Shown here one piece after another: positions 9,483 through 20,534 of a DNA stretch of 64,000 nucleotides. The first letter of the stretch is position 1; every line of letters begins with the position of its first letter. The position numbers and the translations under genes were made by a program. The notes beneath the pieces were generated by a model that worked only from the letters and a program-made list of their open reading frames with translations, ran no database searches and was not told the origin of the DNA. Origin of the DNA: Gemmatimonadaceae bacterium. Its GTDB lineage: Bacteria; Gemmatimonadota; Gemmatimonadetes; Gemmatimonadales; Gemmatimonadaceae. The DNA lies in assembly GCA_051859245.1 (NCBI GenBank), contig JBHYGA010000005.1, positions 891,537 to 955,536 of the forward strand, given 5' to 3'.

Positions 9483-11276
9483 ATGCCACGCATCAAAGTG
9501 CTCAGCGGGCCGGTGGCCGATCAGATTGCGGCCGGCGAAGTGGTAGAGCGTCCTGCCTCGGTGGTGAAAGAGCTCGTGGAGAATGCGCTGGACGCTGGTG
9601 CAACCACGATCGACATCACAATTGAGGAAGGTGGACGGTCGCTGATTCGCGTCGCCGACAACGGCAGTGGTATGTCGCGCGACGATGCGGTGCTCTCGCT
9701 TGAGCGTCATGCCACGAGCAAGATTGTTTCGGCCGAAGATCTCGTTGGCGTGTCAAGCTTTGGCTTTCGCGGCGAAGCGCTACCGGCGATTGCGTCGGTG
9801 TCGGAGTTTGCCGTGGAGACGGCGCCCGAAGATGGCGCGGGCACGATCGTGCGAGGGCAGGGCGGCGAAATCAGTTCGGTCGAAGAGGTTGCGCGTCGTC
9901 GCGGCACAACGGTGCACGTGCATCGACTGTTCTACAACACACCGGCACGACAGAAGTTCTTGCGTGGCGCGCGCAGCGAATGGCGCGCGATCGCGGAGAC
10001 GGTCGGCAGCATCGCGCTGTTGCGTCGTGACGTGCATTTTGTCACCCGTCACGATGGCAAGGTCGGCCTGGATCTTCCGGTCGCACCAACGCTGCGCGCG
10101 CGTTTGGCTGCGTTGTGGGGCGCTGATTCCATCGCACGATTTGTTGATGTCGACGATGTGTATGGTGTGGTGCATGTGCGCGGGCTGCTTGAACGGCCGG
10201 CTGATGTCGGCACGCGCACGCGACGCGTGCTGCTGGTCATCAACGGGCGCATCGTGCGGGACAACGGCATCGTGCGAGCTGTAGAGGCCGCGTATCGCTC
10301 CACGCTGCCGTCTGGCGTGCGCCCGTCGCTGGTGCTGGAGCTCACGCTGCCGGCCGATGAAGTGGACGTGAATGTGCATCCGGCAAAAGCGGAAGTGCGT
10401 TTGCGTGAACGCTGGCCGATTGAGCGCGCCGTGGAGCATATGGTGCGCCGCGCGCTGGGCGAGTTTGACGCATCCGCCAGCGCAGGTTGGCGCACGTGGA
10501 CGCCAGGCGCCGCCACGAACGGCACGTTGCAGCCGGCCGCAGAGCCGCAACCGTGGATGCTTCGTGTCCCCTCGGCGCCCGAGGGATTGTTTGCAGCGGC
10601 TGCGGCGCACGAATCGGTGGATGCGATGTCAACTGCACCAGCGAGGAGCGCCGCAACGTACACAGCGTCTGCGTCTGTCTCGGATATCGCCCCACCCGAA
10701 GAGGTGATCGTGCCGCCGCTGATGCAACTGCGGCGCACGTTCATGATGTTTGAACATCCGGATGGGGTGGTGCTCATCGACCAGCACTCCGCGCACGAGC
10801 GCGTGTTGTACGAGCGGTTCCTCGACGCGATGGCGCGCGGCACATCGGCGGGGCAGCGACTGCTCTTTCCGCTCACGCTGCATATGTCCGCGCCGGAAGC
10901 TGACGCTTTTGAGCAGCACGCGAGCATTTTCGCGCAGCTCGGTTTCGAGATCGAAGCCTTTGGTGGGCACACGCTGCTCGTGCAGGCGGTGCCCATGCCC
11001 CACGCACGCTTTGATGCGGAGCGCTGTCTGCGTGATACGCTGGCGTCGCTCGCTGGTGATCGACTTCCGTCGGCCGCGGCGCGACATGAGCAACTCGCCG
11101 CAACGGTGGCGTGTAAAGCGGCGGTCAAGGCCGGCGATCTGTTGTCGCCCGGAGAAATGCGTGCGCTCTACATTGATCTGGCGCGCACCACGCTGCCAGC
11201 GCACGACGTGCATGGCCGCGCCACCATTGTGCGCCTGTCGTGGGACGAACTCGAGCGACGGTTCGGACGGAGCTAG
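9483..11276 (+). CDS. mutL: DNA mismatch repair protein MutL (endonuclease type)
   Basis: IAAGEVVERPASVVKELVENALDAG, GFRGEAL, DVNVHPAKAEV and DQHSAHERVLYE motifs. Confidence 0.97.
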   Translation: MPRIKVLSGPVADQIAAGEVVERPASVVKELVENALDAGATTIDITIEEGGRSLIRVADNGSGMSRDDAVLSLERHATSKIVSAEDLVGVSSFGFRGEALPAIASVSEFAVETAPEDGAGTIVRGQGGEISSVEEVARRRGTTVHVHRLFYNTPARQKFLRGARSEWRAIAETVGSIALLRRDVHFVTRHDGKVGLDLPVAPTLRARLAALWGADSIARFVDVDDVYGVVHVRGLLERPADVGTRTRRVLLVINGRIVRDNGIVRAVEAAYRSTLPSGVRPSLVLELTLPADEVDVNVHPAKAEVRLRERWPIERAVEHMVRRALGEFDASASAGWRTWTPGAATNGTLQPAAEPQPWMLRVPSAPEGLFAAAAAHESVDAMSTAPARSAATYTASASVSDIAPPEEVIVPPLMQLRRTFMMFEHPDGVVLIDQHSAHERVLYERFLDAMARGTSAGQRLLFPLTLHMSAPEADAFEQHASIFAQLGFEIEAFGGHTLLVQAVPMPHARFDAERCLRDTLASLAGDRLPSAAARHEQLAATVACKAAVKAGDLLSPGEMRALYIDLARTTLPAHDVHGRATIVRLSWDELERRFGRS

Positions 11277-11319
11277 TGCGCGGCGTACTCACCAGTCGAA
11301 CGTCTCGTTCGCGTCGCTG

Positions 11320-12261
11320 ATGTGGGAACATCACGAACCGCTCCGCGTGATTTGTGGGCCAACGGCGGCCGGCAAGTCTGCGGTGGTCATGCGATTGGCC
11401 AGTCTGCTCGAAAGCACCACACCGATCACGATCATCAGCGCCGACTCACGGCAGATCTATCGCGGGTTCGATATCGGCACGGCCAAACCCACGCCTGAGG
11501 AACAGGCGGCAGTGCCACACGCGTGCATTGACGTGATCGACCCCACCGCGCGGTGTTCGGCGTGGCAGTGGGCGGATCTGGCACGTGAGGCTATCACGCA
11601 GGCGTACGCCACGGGCCGTACGCCGGTCGTTGTGGGGGGCACCGGCTTCTACATTCGGGCGCTTACCGAGCCGCTGCACGAAGCGCCCGAACTTGATCCC
11701 GAGCGACGCGCTGCGTTGAACGCCTGGATCGACGAACAATCGCCGGAGCTGCTTCGCGCGTGGTGCGAGCGACTCGACCCCGAGCGGGCGCAGTTCGGGC
11801 CGGTGCAATGGCGACGCGCGATCGAGGTGGCGCTGCTCACCGGTGAACGCCTGTCGTCATGGCATGATCGGCCCCGTGCGGCCGAACCGATTCCGGTACG
11901 CTATCTTCTGGTCGATCCCGGTCCGTCGCTCGCGCATCGCATTGCTGATCGCGTCAACGTGATGCTGGAGCACGGCTGGCTGGAGGAAGTGGCGCGGCTG
12001 AGAGCGCACGTGCCTGAGGACGCGCCGGCGTGGCTGGCGACCGGGTATGCAGAGGTGTTGGCACATGCAGACGGAACGTTGACGTTCGATGAGATGCGTA
12101 CGCGCGTGACCATTCGAACGCGGCAGTACGCGAAACGGCAGCGCACATGGTTTCGGCACCAGTTGGAGAGCGACCGGGTAACGCGCATCGCCCCTGATGC
12201 GGCGGCAGCAATGGAATCGGCGTGGCGCTGGTGGCACGACCAACACGAGGAGAGGCTGTGA
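11320..12261 (+). CDS. miaA: tRNA dimethylallyltransferase
   Basis: GPTAAGKS, ISADSRQIYRGFDIGTAKP, VGGTGFY and TRQYAKRQRTWF. Start taken as the ATG at 11320, after the mutL stop. Confidence 0.95.
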   Translation: MWEHHEPLRVICGPTAAGKSAVVMRLASLLESTTPITIISADSRQIYRGFDIGTAKPTPEEQAAVPHACIDVIDPTARCSAWQWADLAREAITQAYATGRTPVVVGGTGFYIRALTEPLHEAPELDPERRAALNAWIDEQSPELLRAWCERLDPERAQFGPVQWRRAIEVALLTGERLSSWHDRPRAAEPIPVRYLLVDPGPSLAHRIADRVNVMLEHGWLEEVARLRAHVPEDAPAWLATGYAEVLAHADGTLTFDEMRTRVTIRTRQYAKRQRTWFRHQLESDRVTRIAPDAAAAMESAWRWWHDQHEERL

Positions 12262-13391
12262 AGATCGGGATTACCTGTTACCCAACGTATGGCGGTTCGG
12301 GCGCCGTCGCGACTGAGCTGGGCATTGCGCTCGCGGCGCGCGGACACGAGGTGCACTTCATTACGTATCAGCAGCCATTCCGTCTGCCGAGTTTTTTGCC
12401 CAACGTGTACTTCCACGAAGTGGAGGTTGGGCGATATCCGCTGTTTGAGTTTCCGCCGTATGATCTGGCACTCGCGGTGAAAATGCACGAGGTCGTGCGC
12501 GATCACAGCCTCGATGTGCTGCACTGTCACTACGCGATTCCACACGCAACCAGCGCGTGGATTGCACGTGAGATGTTGCGCGAATCGAACCGTGATGTGA
12601 AGGTGGTCACCACGCTGCACGGCACGGATATCACGATCGTCGGACAGGAACGTTCGTTCTTCACGATCACCAAGTTCTCCATCGAAAAATCGGACGTTGT
12701 GACCGCGGTGTCGGATTATCTGCGCGACGAAACGTACCGCGCTTTCGGGTGCACGGGCTGCGCTGTTGAAGTGATTCACAACTTCATCGATCCGGTGCTC
12801 TTTGAACGTGCGCGCCACCCGGCGCCATTCCCGGAAGCCGTACGGTCCGGAAAGAAGGTGCTCATGCACATCTCGAACTTTCGTGCGGTCAAGCGCGTGC
12901 GTGATGTCGTGAAGGTGTTTGCGCAGGTGCACAAGGCCATCCCGTCAACACTCGTCATGGTCGGTGACGGTCCGGAGCGCGTTGAAGCCGAAGACGAAGC
13001 GCGTGACCTCGGCGTCTTTGGCGACATCCGATTTCTCGGCAAGATCGACTCAGTGGCGCCGCTGCTCGCGGGCGCGGATTTGTTCGTGTTGCCCAGCCAA
13101 ACGGAATCATTCGGCCTGAGTGCGCTCGAAGCACTCGCGGCTGGTGTGCCGGTCATCGCCAGTCGGGTGGGTGGATTGCCGGAGGTTGTGCGTCACGGTG
13201 TCACCGGCTGGTTGCATCCGCTTGGGGACGTGGATGCCATGGCTCGCGATGCGATTGCGGTGTTGTCAGATAGCGCACTCTGGAATGCCACGAGTACTGC
13301 GGCGGCAGCTGATGCGCGCGCGCGTTTCTCCGAAGCCGATGTGGTCGGTCAGTACGAAGCGCTGTATCGCCGCACGCTGGGTATCGCATGA
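12258..13391 (+). CDS. bshA: N-acetyl-alpha-D-glucosaminyl L-malate synthase (GT4)
   Basis: (M)KIGITCYPTYGGSGAVATELG, HCHYAIPHA, TTLHGTDIT, SNFRAVKR and ESFGLSALEA. GTG start follows GAGGAGAG. Confidence 0.92.
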   Translation: MKIGITCYPTYGGSGAVATELGIALAARGHEVHFITYQQPFRLPSFLPNVYFHEVEVGRYPLFEFPPYDLALAVKMHEVVRDHSLDVLHCHYAIPHATSAWIAREMLRESNRDVKVVTTLHGTDITIVGQERSFFTITKFSIEKSDVVTAVSDYLRDETYRAFGCTGCAVEVIHNFIDPVLFERARHPAPFPEAVRSGKKVLMHISNFRAVKRVRDVVKVFAQVHKAIPSTLVMVGDGPERVEAEDEARDLGVFGDIRFLGKIDSVAPLLAGADLFVLPSQTESFGLSALEALAAGVPVIASRVGGLPEVVRHGVTGWLHPLGDVDAMARDAIAVLSDSALWNATSTAAAADARARFSEADVVGQYEALYRRTLGIA

Positions 13392-14203
13392 CACTCTGGC
13401 AGGCGATCGTTCTTGGATTGGTGCAGGGGCTTACGGAGTTTCTGCCCGTGAGCAGCTCGGCGCATTTGTCACTTGCACCCTGGCTGCTTGGTTGGAGTAC
13501 ACCGGGACTGGCGTTCGATGTGGGATTGCATCTCGGTTCGCTGGTCGCCGTGGCGTGGTACTTTCGCGCCGACTGGATCGCGCTCTTCGGCGCGGCGATT
13601 CGCATGCTGCGCACGCGTCGTGTGAGCAGTCCGGTGGACCGTCGTGTGTTATTGCTGATGGCCGCAACCGTTCCTGCGGGCGTAGGCGGGTTGTTGTTGC
13701 AGGACTATGCCGAAACCGTATTCCGGCACCCGGCGATCACCGCGACCACGTTGATCGTGCTCGGCGTTATTCTCTGGGCCGTGGACCGCGCCGTCGCGCA
13801 GTCGCGATCACTTGATGTGCTCACCGCGCGCGATGCCTGGTTGATCGGGTTGGCGCAGGTGTGTGCGCTTGTGCCTGGTGTGTCTCGATCTGGCGCGACC
13901 ATGACGGCGGGGCGGGCGCTCGGACTTGATCGCGCGTCCGCGGCACGGTTCAGCTTTCTGATGAGTTTTCCGATCATTTGCGCCGCCGTGATTTTCAAGT
14001 TGCCTGACGTGCTACGAGATGGCGGTTCGATCACACCTATGGTGGTCGGGATTGCGGCCGCAGCGGTCAGCAGCTGGTTGGCGATCACGGTGCTGCTGCG
14101 CTATGTGGTGAATAACAGTTTTGGAATTTTTGCGGTGTATCGCGTCGTGCTCGGGCTGGTGGTGTTCGCGCTGCTGGCGTGGCGCGGGCAGCCGGTGGCG
14201 TAA
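13388..14203 (+). CDS. uppP: Undecaprenyl-diphosphate phosphatase
   Basis: QGLTEFLPVSSSAH, PGVSRSGAT and ARFSFLM motifs. Confidence 0.95.
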   Translation: MTLWQAIVLGLVQGLTEFLPVSSSAHLSLAPWLLGWSTPGLAFDVGLHLGSLVAVAWYFRADWIALFGAAIRMLRTRRVSSPVDRRVLLLMAATVPAGVGGLLLQDYAETVFRHPAITATTLIVLGVILWAVDRAVAQSRSLDVLTARDAWLIGLAQVCALVPGVSRSGATMTAGRALGLDRASAARFSFLMSFPIICAAVIFKLPDVLRDGGSITPMVVGIAAAAVSSWLAITVLLRYVVNNSFGIFAVYRVVLGLVVFALLAWRGQPVA

Positions 14204-14207
14204 CGCG

Positions 14208-14996
14208 GTGCCTACGCTCGACGGTGTCTCGCTCAATCTTGCCCGCGCGAGCATCACGCGCTTTGTGCATGAGCATTCGGTGGCGTCAACGATGGATCTT
14301 GCGCACGAGCTGGCATCGTCCGGCGCGCCAAGCGGCACGGTGGTCGTAGCGGATGTGCAAACCGCGGGGCGCGGCCGCGGTGGCAAAGCGTGGCAATCGC
14401 GGGCTGGCGATGGGTTGTGGTGCACTGTGCTTGAGCGCGTACCGTCGGTCACTGCACTCGACGTCCTTTCGCTGCGCGTTGGTCTCGCGCTACGTGAATG
14501 TGCGCAGGTTTTTTGCGACGAACCACTCGGCATGAAGTGGCCGAATGATGTGGTGGTGCGCGACGCCACGGCAGGCGGTGCGCTGCGCAAGCTCGCGGGC
14601 GTGTTGATTGAAGCCCGCTGGCGAGACGCGCAGGTGGAGTGGGTGGCCATTGGCATGGGCATCAACATGCGCGAGACGCACGGCGGCGAGCAGGGCGGGG
14701 TGCTGGCATTTCGCGCTGCGACGCTTCGACACAATGTGCACCGTGTGGAGCTACTTGAGGCGCTGATTCCTGCCGTACGCGCGGCCGCACAGTGCGATGG
14801 TGTACTCACACCCGAAGAGCGCGCGCGTTGGACGGCGGTTGATGCGGTGGCGGGGCGTCGATGCACCTTGCCAAGTGTGGGCGTGGTTGCCGGTGTGGAA
14901 ACGGACGGCGCGTTATGCGTGCTCGGCGATGACGGGGCGGTGGCCCGCCATCGATCGGGCTCGCTGATTCTGACTGAGGAGAACGCCACATGCTGA
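14208..14996 (+). CDS. birA: Biotin-[acetyl-CoA-carboxylase] ligase without an HTH domain
   Basis: STMD, QTAGRGRGG, KWPND and KLAGVLIE. GTG start at 14208 inferred. Confidence 0.88.
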   Translation: MPTLDGVSLNLARASITRFVHEHSVASTMDLAHELASSGAPSGTVVVADVQTAGRGRGGKAWQSRAGDGLWCTVLERVPSVTALDVLSLRVGLALRECAQVFCDEPLGMKWPNDVVVRDATAGGALRKLAGVLIEARWRDAQVEWVAIGMGINMRETHGGEQGGVLAFRAATLRHNVHRVELLEALIPAVRAAAQCDGVLTPEERARWTAVDAVAGRRCTLPSVGVVAGVETDGALCVLGDDGAVARHRSGSLILTEENATC

Positions 14997-15781
14997 TCGT
15001 GTTCGATGTAGGTAACAGCGAGACCACCGTGGGTTTGTTTGACAAAGCGCATCTGGTGGCGCATTGGCGCATCACCACCAGCATTGAGCGAACCGCCGAC
15101 GAATTCGGTTTGCTGATTGTGGGCTTGCTGAACACCGCCGGTGTTGCGCAGGAGCAAGTCTTGCACGCCGCGATTGGCTCGGTGGTGCCGCCTATTACTG
15201 GTCCGCTTTCGGCCGCATGTACGCAGTATCTTGGCGCACCGCCCGTGATTGTTGATGCGCGCGCGGCGTTGCCGATTACGGTAGCGGTGGATGAGCCGCT
15301 CACGGTAGGTGCGGATCGCCTGATCAACACCTTGGCGGCGAGTCGGTTGTACGGGCGCGATACCATCTGTGTGGATCTTGGTACGGCCACCACGTTCGAC
15401 TGCATCACGTCCGACGGTGTGTTTCTTGGCGGCGTGATCATGCCTGGTGTGCGCACCTCCGCAGACACGCTCACGCGTCGCACGTCAAAACTTCCGGCAA
15501 CGGAAATCGTTGCGCCACAGCGTGTGATTGGTAGGCGCACCGAGGAGTGCATTCGTGCCGGCGTGTTGTTTGGTGCCGCCGACGCGATTGATGGCATTGT
15601 GCGTCGCATCAAGCGTGAATGGCCGCGAGCCACGGAGCCGTATGTGGTGGCCACGGGTGGGCTGGCCGAGGTGCTGCAGCCGCACTGCACCAGTTTTAAT
15701 CTGGTGGCACCGTATCTCACGTTGGACGGGCTTCGTCTGGCGCACGAGATATTGGCGGGTCACGAACCGGCTGCCGAATAG
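14990..15781 (+). CDS. coaX: Type III pantothenate kinase
   Basis: DVGNSET, SVVP, GADR, VDLGTATT, GGVIMPG and ATGG motifs. Confidence 0.95.
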   Translation: MLIVFDVGNSETTVGLFDKAHLVAHWRITTSIERTADEFGLLIVGLLNTAGVAQEQVLHAAIGSVVPPITGPLSAACTQYLGAPPVIVDARAALPITVAVDEPLTVGADRLINTLAASRLYGRDTICVDLGTATTFDCITSDGVFLGGVIMPGVRTSADTLTRRTSKLPATEIVAPQRVIGRRTEECIRAGVLFGAADAIDGIVRRIKREWPRATEPYVVATGGLAEVLQPHCTSFNLVAPYLTLDGLRLAHEILAGHEPAAE

Positions 15782-15893
15782 GCAGTTCGAGACGCCCGGT
15801 TGACAGGATCGGCTGTCAGAACGACCGGAATTATACGAGCTAAACCGTTACAGCATAGTGGTTTAGCTGATGCGTATGGGTCTTGGCGGGGGG

Positions 15894-15922
15894 TTGACGA
15901 TACCACCGGCGAGGGCTAGTCT
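15894..15922 (+). promoter_or_regulatory. Sigma70-type promoter of groESL
   Basis: TTGACG-17 nt-TAGTCT, 10 nt upstream of the CIRCE element. Confidence 0.75.
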
Positions 15923-15932
15923 TATGCGAGCG

Positions 15933-15959
15933 TTAGCACTCACATGAGGTGAGTGCTAA
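15933..15959 (+). promoter_or_regulatory. CIRCE element (HrcA operator)
   Basis: TTAGCACTC-ACATGAGGT-GAGTGCTAA is an exact match to TTAGCACTC-N9-GAGTGCTAA, upstream of groES. Confidence 0.97.
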
Positions 15960-16014
15960 CCGTTGTGCCGTCAGTGGATTTTATGTCTGACTCACCTTTC
16001 GGAGGCTTCACCCT

Positions 16015-17981
<1,967 letters not shown>

Positions 17982-18000
17982 GCGATCACTCGCTGGTACG

Positions 18001-18040
18001 AAACAAAGGGCGCCTCGAACGGGGCGCCCTTTGTCGTTTC
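18001..18040 (+). terminator. Intrinsic terminator after groEL, possibly bidirectional
   Basis: ACAAAGGGCGCC...GGCGCCCTTTGT stem followed by CGTTT, between convergent genes. Confidence 0.85.
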
Positions 18041-18097
18041 CGTTGACCCCTCAAAACACAAGACGAGGGCAGCATGTCCGCCCCCGCCTCCAGCGGC

Positions 18098-18772
18098 TTA
18101 CGCCGGCACCGTGTCGTGATGAATCTCTGACACGTAGCTCCGCACCGGCAGGGTCTGCGCTTTCGCGACGGTCTCCGCATCCATCAACCCGGAAATCAGC
18201 GGCCGCAGCAACCCATCATGCGAATCGTATACCATGCCGTGAATGATCGGCCGCTTGCCACGCGACCACGCGCGTTGAATGATCGGCGTGCGCGCGAGCT
18301 GGAAGACCTGCTTCACCACGTTCAACTCAACGAGCCGGTCTTCGCGCGACTGGTCATCGGGCAACGCCGCGAGTTCATCTGCGTGACGCAACTTGAGTTC
18401 ACGCACCACGTGCAACCAATGATCGATGATGCCATGGCCCATCGGTCCCATCGCCGCTTTCACCCCACCGCAGCCGTAGTGACCACTCACCGCGATATGT
18501 TTTACGTCGAGCACTTCCACCGCGTACTCAATCACTGACAGCGTGTTGAAGTCGCTCGGATGCACCTGATTGGCAATGTTGCGGTGCATGAGCACTTCGC
18601 CGGGCAGCGTGCCGGTGATGGACTCGCTTGGAATACGCGAGTCATGTCCGCCGATAAACAGAAAGTGCGGTTCCTGACGCGCCGATCGCCGATCGAAATA
18701 GCCGGGATCGGTGGCGCGCATGGACTCGGCCCACTTGCGGTTGTTCTCGAAAAGATGGAGAAACTGCTCCAT
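18098..18772 (-). CDS. Beta-class carbonic anhydrase homolog with an atypical first zinc ligand
   Basis: DSR, HRNIAN, EYAV, GHYGCGG and LVELNV. GGHDSR stands in place of GCxDSR. Confidence 0.88.
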   Translation of the reverse strand: MEQFLHLFENNRKWAESMRATDPGYFDRRSARQEPHFLFIGGHDSRIPSESITGTLPGEVLMHRNIANQVHPSDFNTLSVIEYAVEVLDVKHIAVSGHYGCGGVKAAMGPMGHGIIDHWLHVVRELKLRHADELAALPDDQSREDRLVELNVVKQVFQLARTPIIQRAWSRGKRPIIHGMVYDSHDGLLRPLISGLMDAETVAKAQTLPVRSYVSEIHHDTVPA

Positions 18773-18774
18773 GA

Positions 18775-20448
18775 TCAGTGTCCGGAAGAAGAGGGGCCGG
18801 TCAGCTCGGGAACGCCAACCAGTCGGTAGTCGATTTCACGCAATTGCGCCGTGGTACGGAAGTCGTGCAGAATCTCCAGCACGTCGTGATCGAAGCGCTT
18901 GGTATTGCGTCCATCAATTTCGATGCGTGATCCGGGCGGCAATGCATCGAGCGTTTGCTCAATGTTTGCTTTGCTCAGGAACGTTGCCTGGTCGGGCAAC
19001 CGGAAGCGCTGCAGCACGGCATCAGGCGCGCTCACGCGGCTCAGCGCCGGTTGGCGCAGATACTCTGTGAGAATGAACGACAGACCCACAAGCATGCCCA
19101 CCGCGATGCCGATCAGCAGATCGGTCAGCACGATCGCCACCACGGTCACGGCGAACGGAATGAACTGCTGCATTCCTTGCTGATACGACTGCTTCCACAG
19201 CGCCGGCGCCGCCAGCTTCCAGCCGGTGTGCAACAGGATCGCGGCGAGCGCAGCCAGCGGGATGTAGTTGAGCATCTTCGGGATCGTGATCACCGCGATC
19301 AGCAGCAGCAGCCCGTGCAAGATTGCGGACCAGCGTGTGCGTCCACCCGCGCCAATGTTCGCGGCGGAACGCACAATCACTCCCGTAATCGGAAGCGCAC
19401 CAATAAATCCGGCGAGCGTGTTGCCGATGCCCTGCGCGAGCAACTCCCGATTGGTGTCGGACTCGCGCTTGTACGGATCCAGCTTGTCGGTGGCTTCCAG
19501 GCTCAGCAGCGTTTCGAGACTCGCCACGATGGCGAGCGTTACGCCAACTCGCCACGTCTCGGGATTCGCGAGCGCCGAAAAATCAGGGAAGATGAAAAAG
19601 CTGAGCAGATCGCGCGCGGTTTCTGGCAGCGGAAGCTGCACAAGATGCTTGACGCCCAACTGCCAGTCCGGCGCAGCCGAGCCAAACGCGAAGTTCAAGC
19701 CGATGGCGGCGAGTACGACGACGAGCGGTCCCGGGAGCAGCTTGATCTTCTTGAGCGCCGGCACGGCCGCCCAGGTGAAAAGAATCGCCAGCGACACAAG
19801 GCAAATGAGCGCGGCGCCTGGCTGAATTGCGTCGAGTGCGTTCTGAATAGCCGTGAAACTGTTCGCGCCATCGGGCTGCAGGAATGACTCGTCGCCCTCA
19901 TAGTCGGCGTCGTAACCAACGGCGTGCGGCAACTGCTTCAGAATCAGGATCACACCGATGCCGGCCAGCATGCCCCGAATGACCGCTGATGGGAAGTAGT
20001 ATCCGATGACGCCCGCACGCAGAACACTCAGCACGATTTGCAGCGCGCCGCCAATGATCACGGCGGTGAGGAACGCGGGGAACGAACCAAGCGCCGTAAT
20101 GCCAGCAAGCACGATCGCGGTGAGCCCGGCAGCCGGTCCGCTGACCATGAGATTCGAGCTCGATAGCACGCCCACCAGCACACCGCCGATCACGCCAGAC
20201 AGCAAGCCCGATGACAACGGTGCACCCGACGCGAGCGCAATGCCCAGGCACAGTGGCAGCGCCACAAGCAGCACAACGATGGAGGCCGGGACATCCTGCT
20301 TCCAGCTTTCGGAGAAGGGCGGCGTCGAGTGATCCACAGCGGGAGCACCCTTGCCAGCGTCACCGTTATTGGACGACGGCCCACCGTCCGGCGCGCCAGC
20401 GACTCGGCGTCGGCGCGGGGGAACGTTCACGGCACTCGTATCGATCAT
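18775..20448 (-). CDS. SulP/SLC26 family anion transporter
   Basis: ALPLCLGIALASG, VSGPAAGL, ELLAQGIGN, TGVIVRSAAN and a short STAS-like C-terminus. Confidence 0.93.
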   Translation of the reverse strand: MIDTSAVNVPPRRRRVAGAPDGGPSSNNGDAGKGAPAVDHSTPPFSESWKQDVPASIVVLLVALPLCLGIALASGAPLSSGLLSGVIGGVLVGVLSSSNLMVSGPAAGLTAIVLAGITALGSFPAFLTAVIIGGALQIVLSVLRAGVIGYYFPSAVIRGMLAGIGVILILKQLPHAVGYDADYEGDESFLQPDGANSFTAIQNALDAIQPGAALICLVSLAILFTWAAVPALKKIKLLPGPLVVVLAAIGLNFAFGSAAPDWQLGVKHLVQLPLPETARDLLSFFIFPDFSALANPETWRVGVTLAIVASLETLLSLEATDKLDPYKRESDTNRELLAQGIGNTLAGFIGALPITGVIVRSAANIGAGGRTRWSAILHGLLLLIAVITIPKMLNYIPLAALAAILLHTGWKLAAPALWKQSYQQGMQQFIPFAVTVVAIVLTDLLIGIAVGMLVGLSFILTEYLRQPALSRVSAPDAVLQRFRLPDQATFLSKANIEQTLDALPPGSRIEIDGRNTKRFDHDVLEILHDFRTTAQLREIDYRLVGVPELTGPSSSGH

Positions 20449-20534
20449 TCAGTTCACTCCAGACGGAAAGCAGAGAAGGGCAACCGGGAAATTTACTCAC
20501 CGTCGGGGTGCCCCGTCTATGAGGAACGTCCGAT

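Noticed and set aside
10750..11319. Apparent 190-aa N-terminal extension of MiaA
   Set aside because: It overlaps mutL in another frame. MiaA motifs begin after the ATG at 11320.
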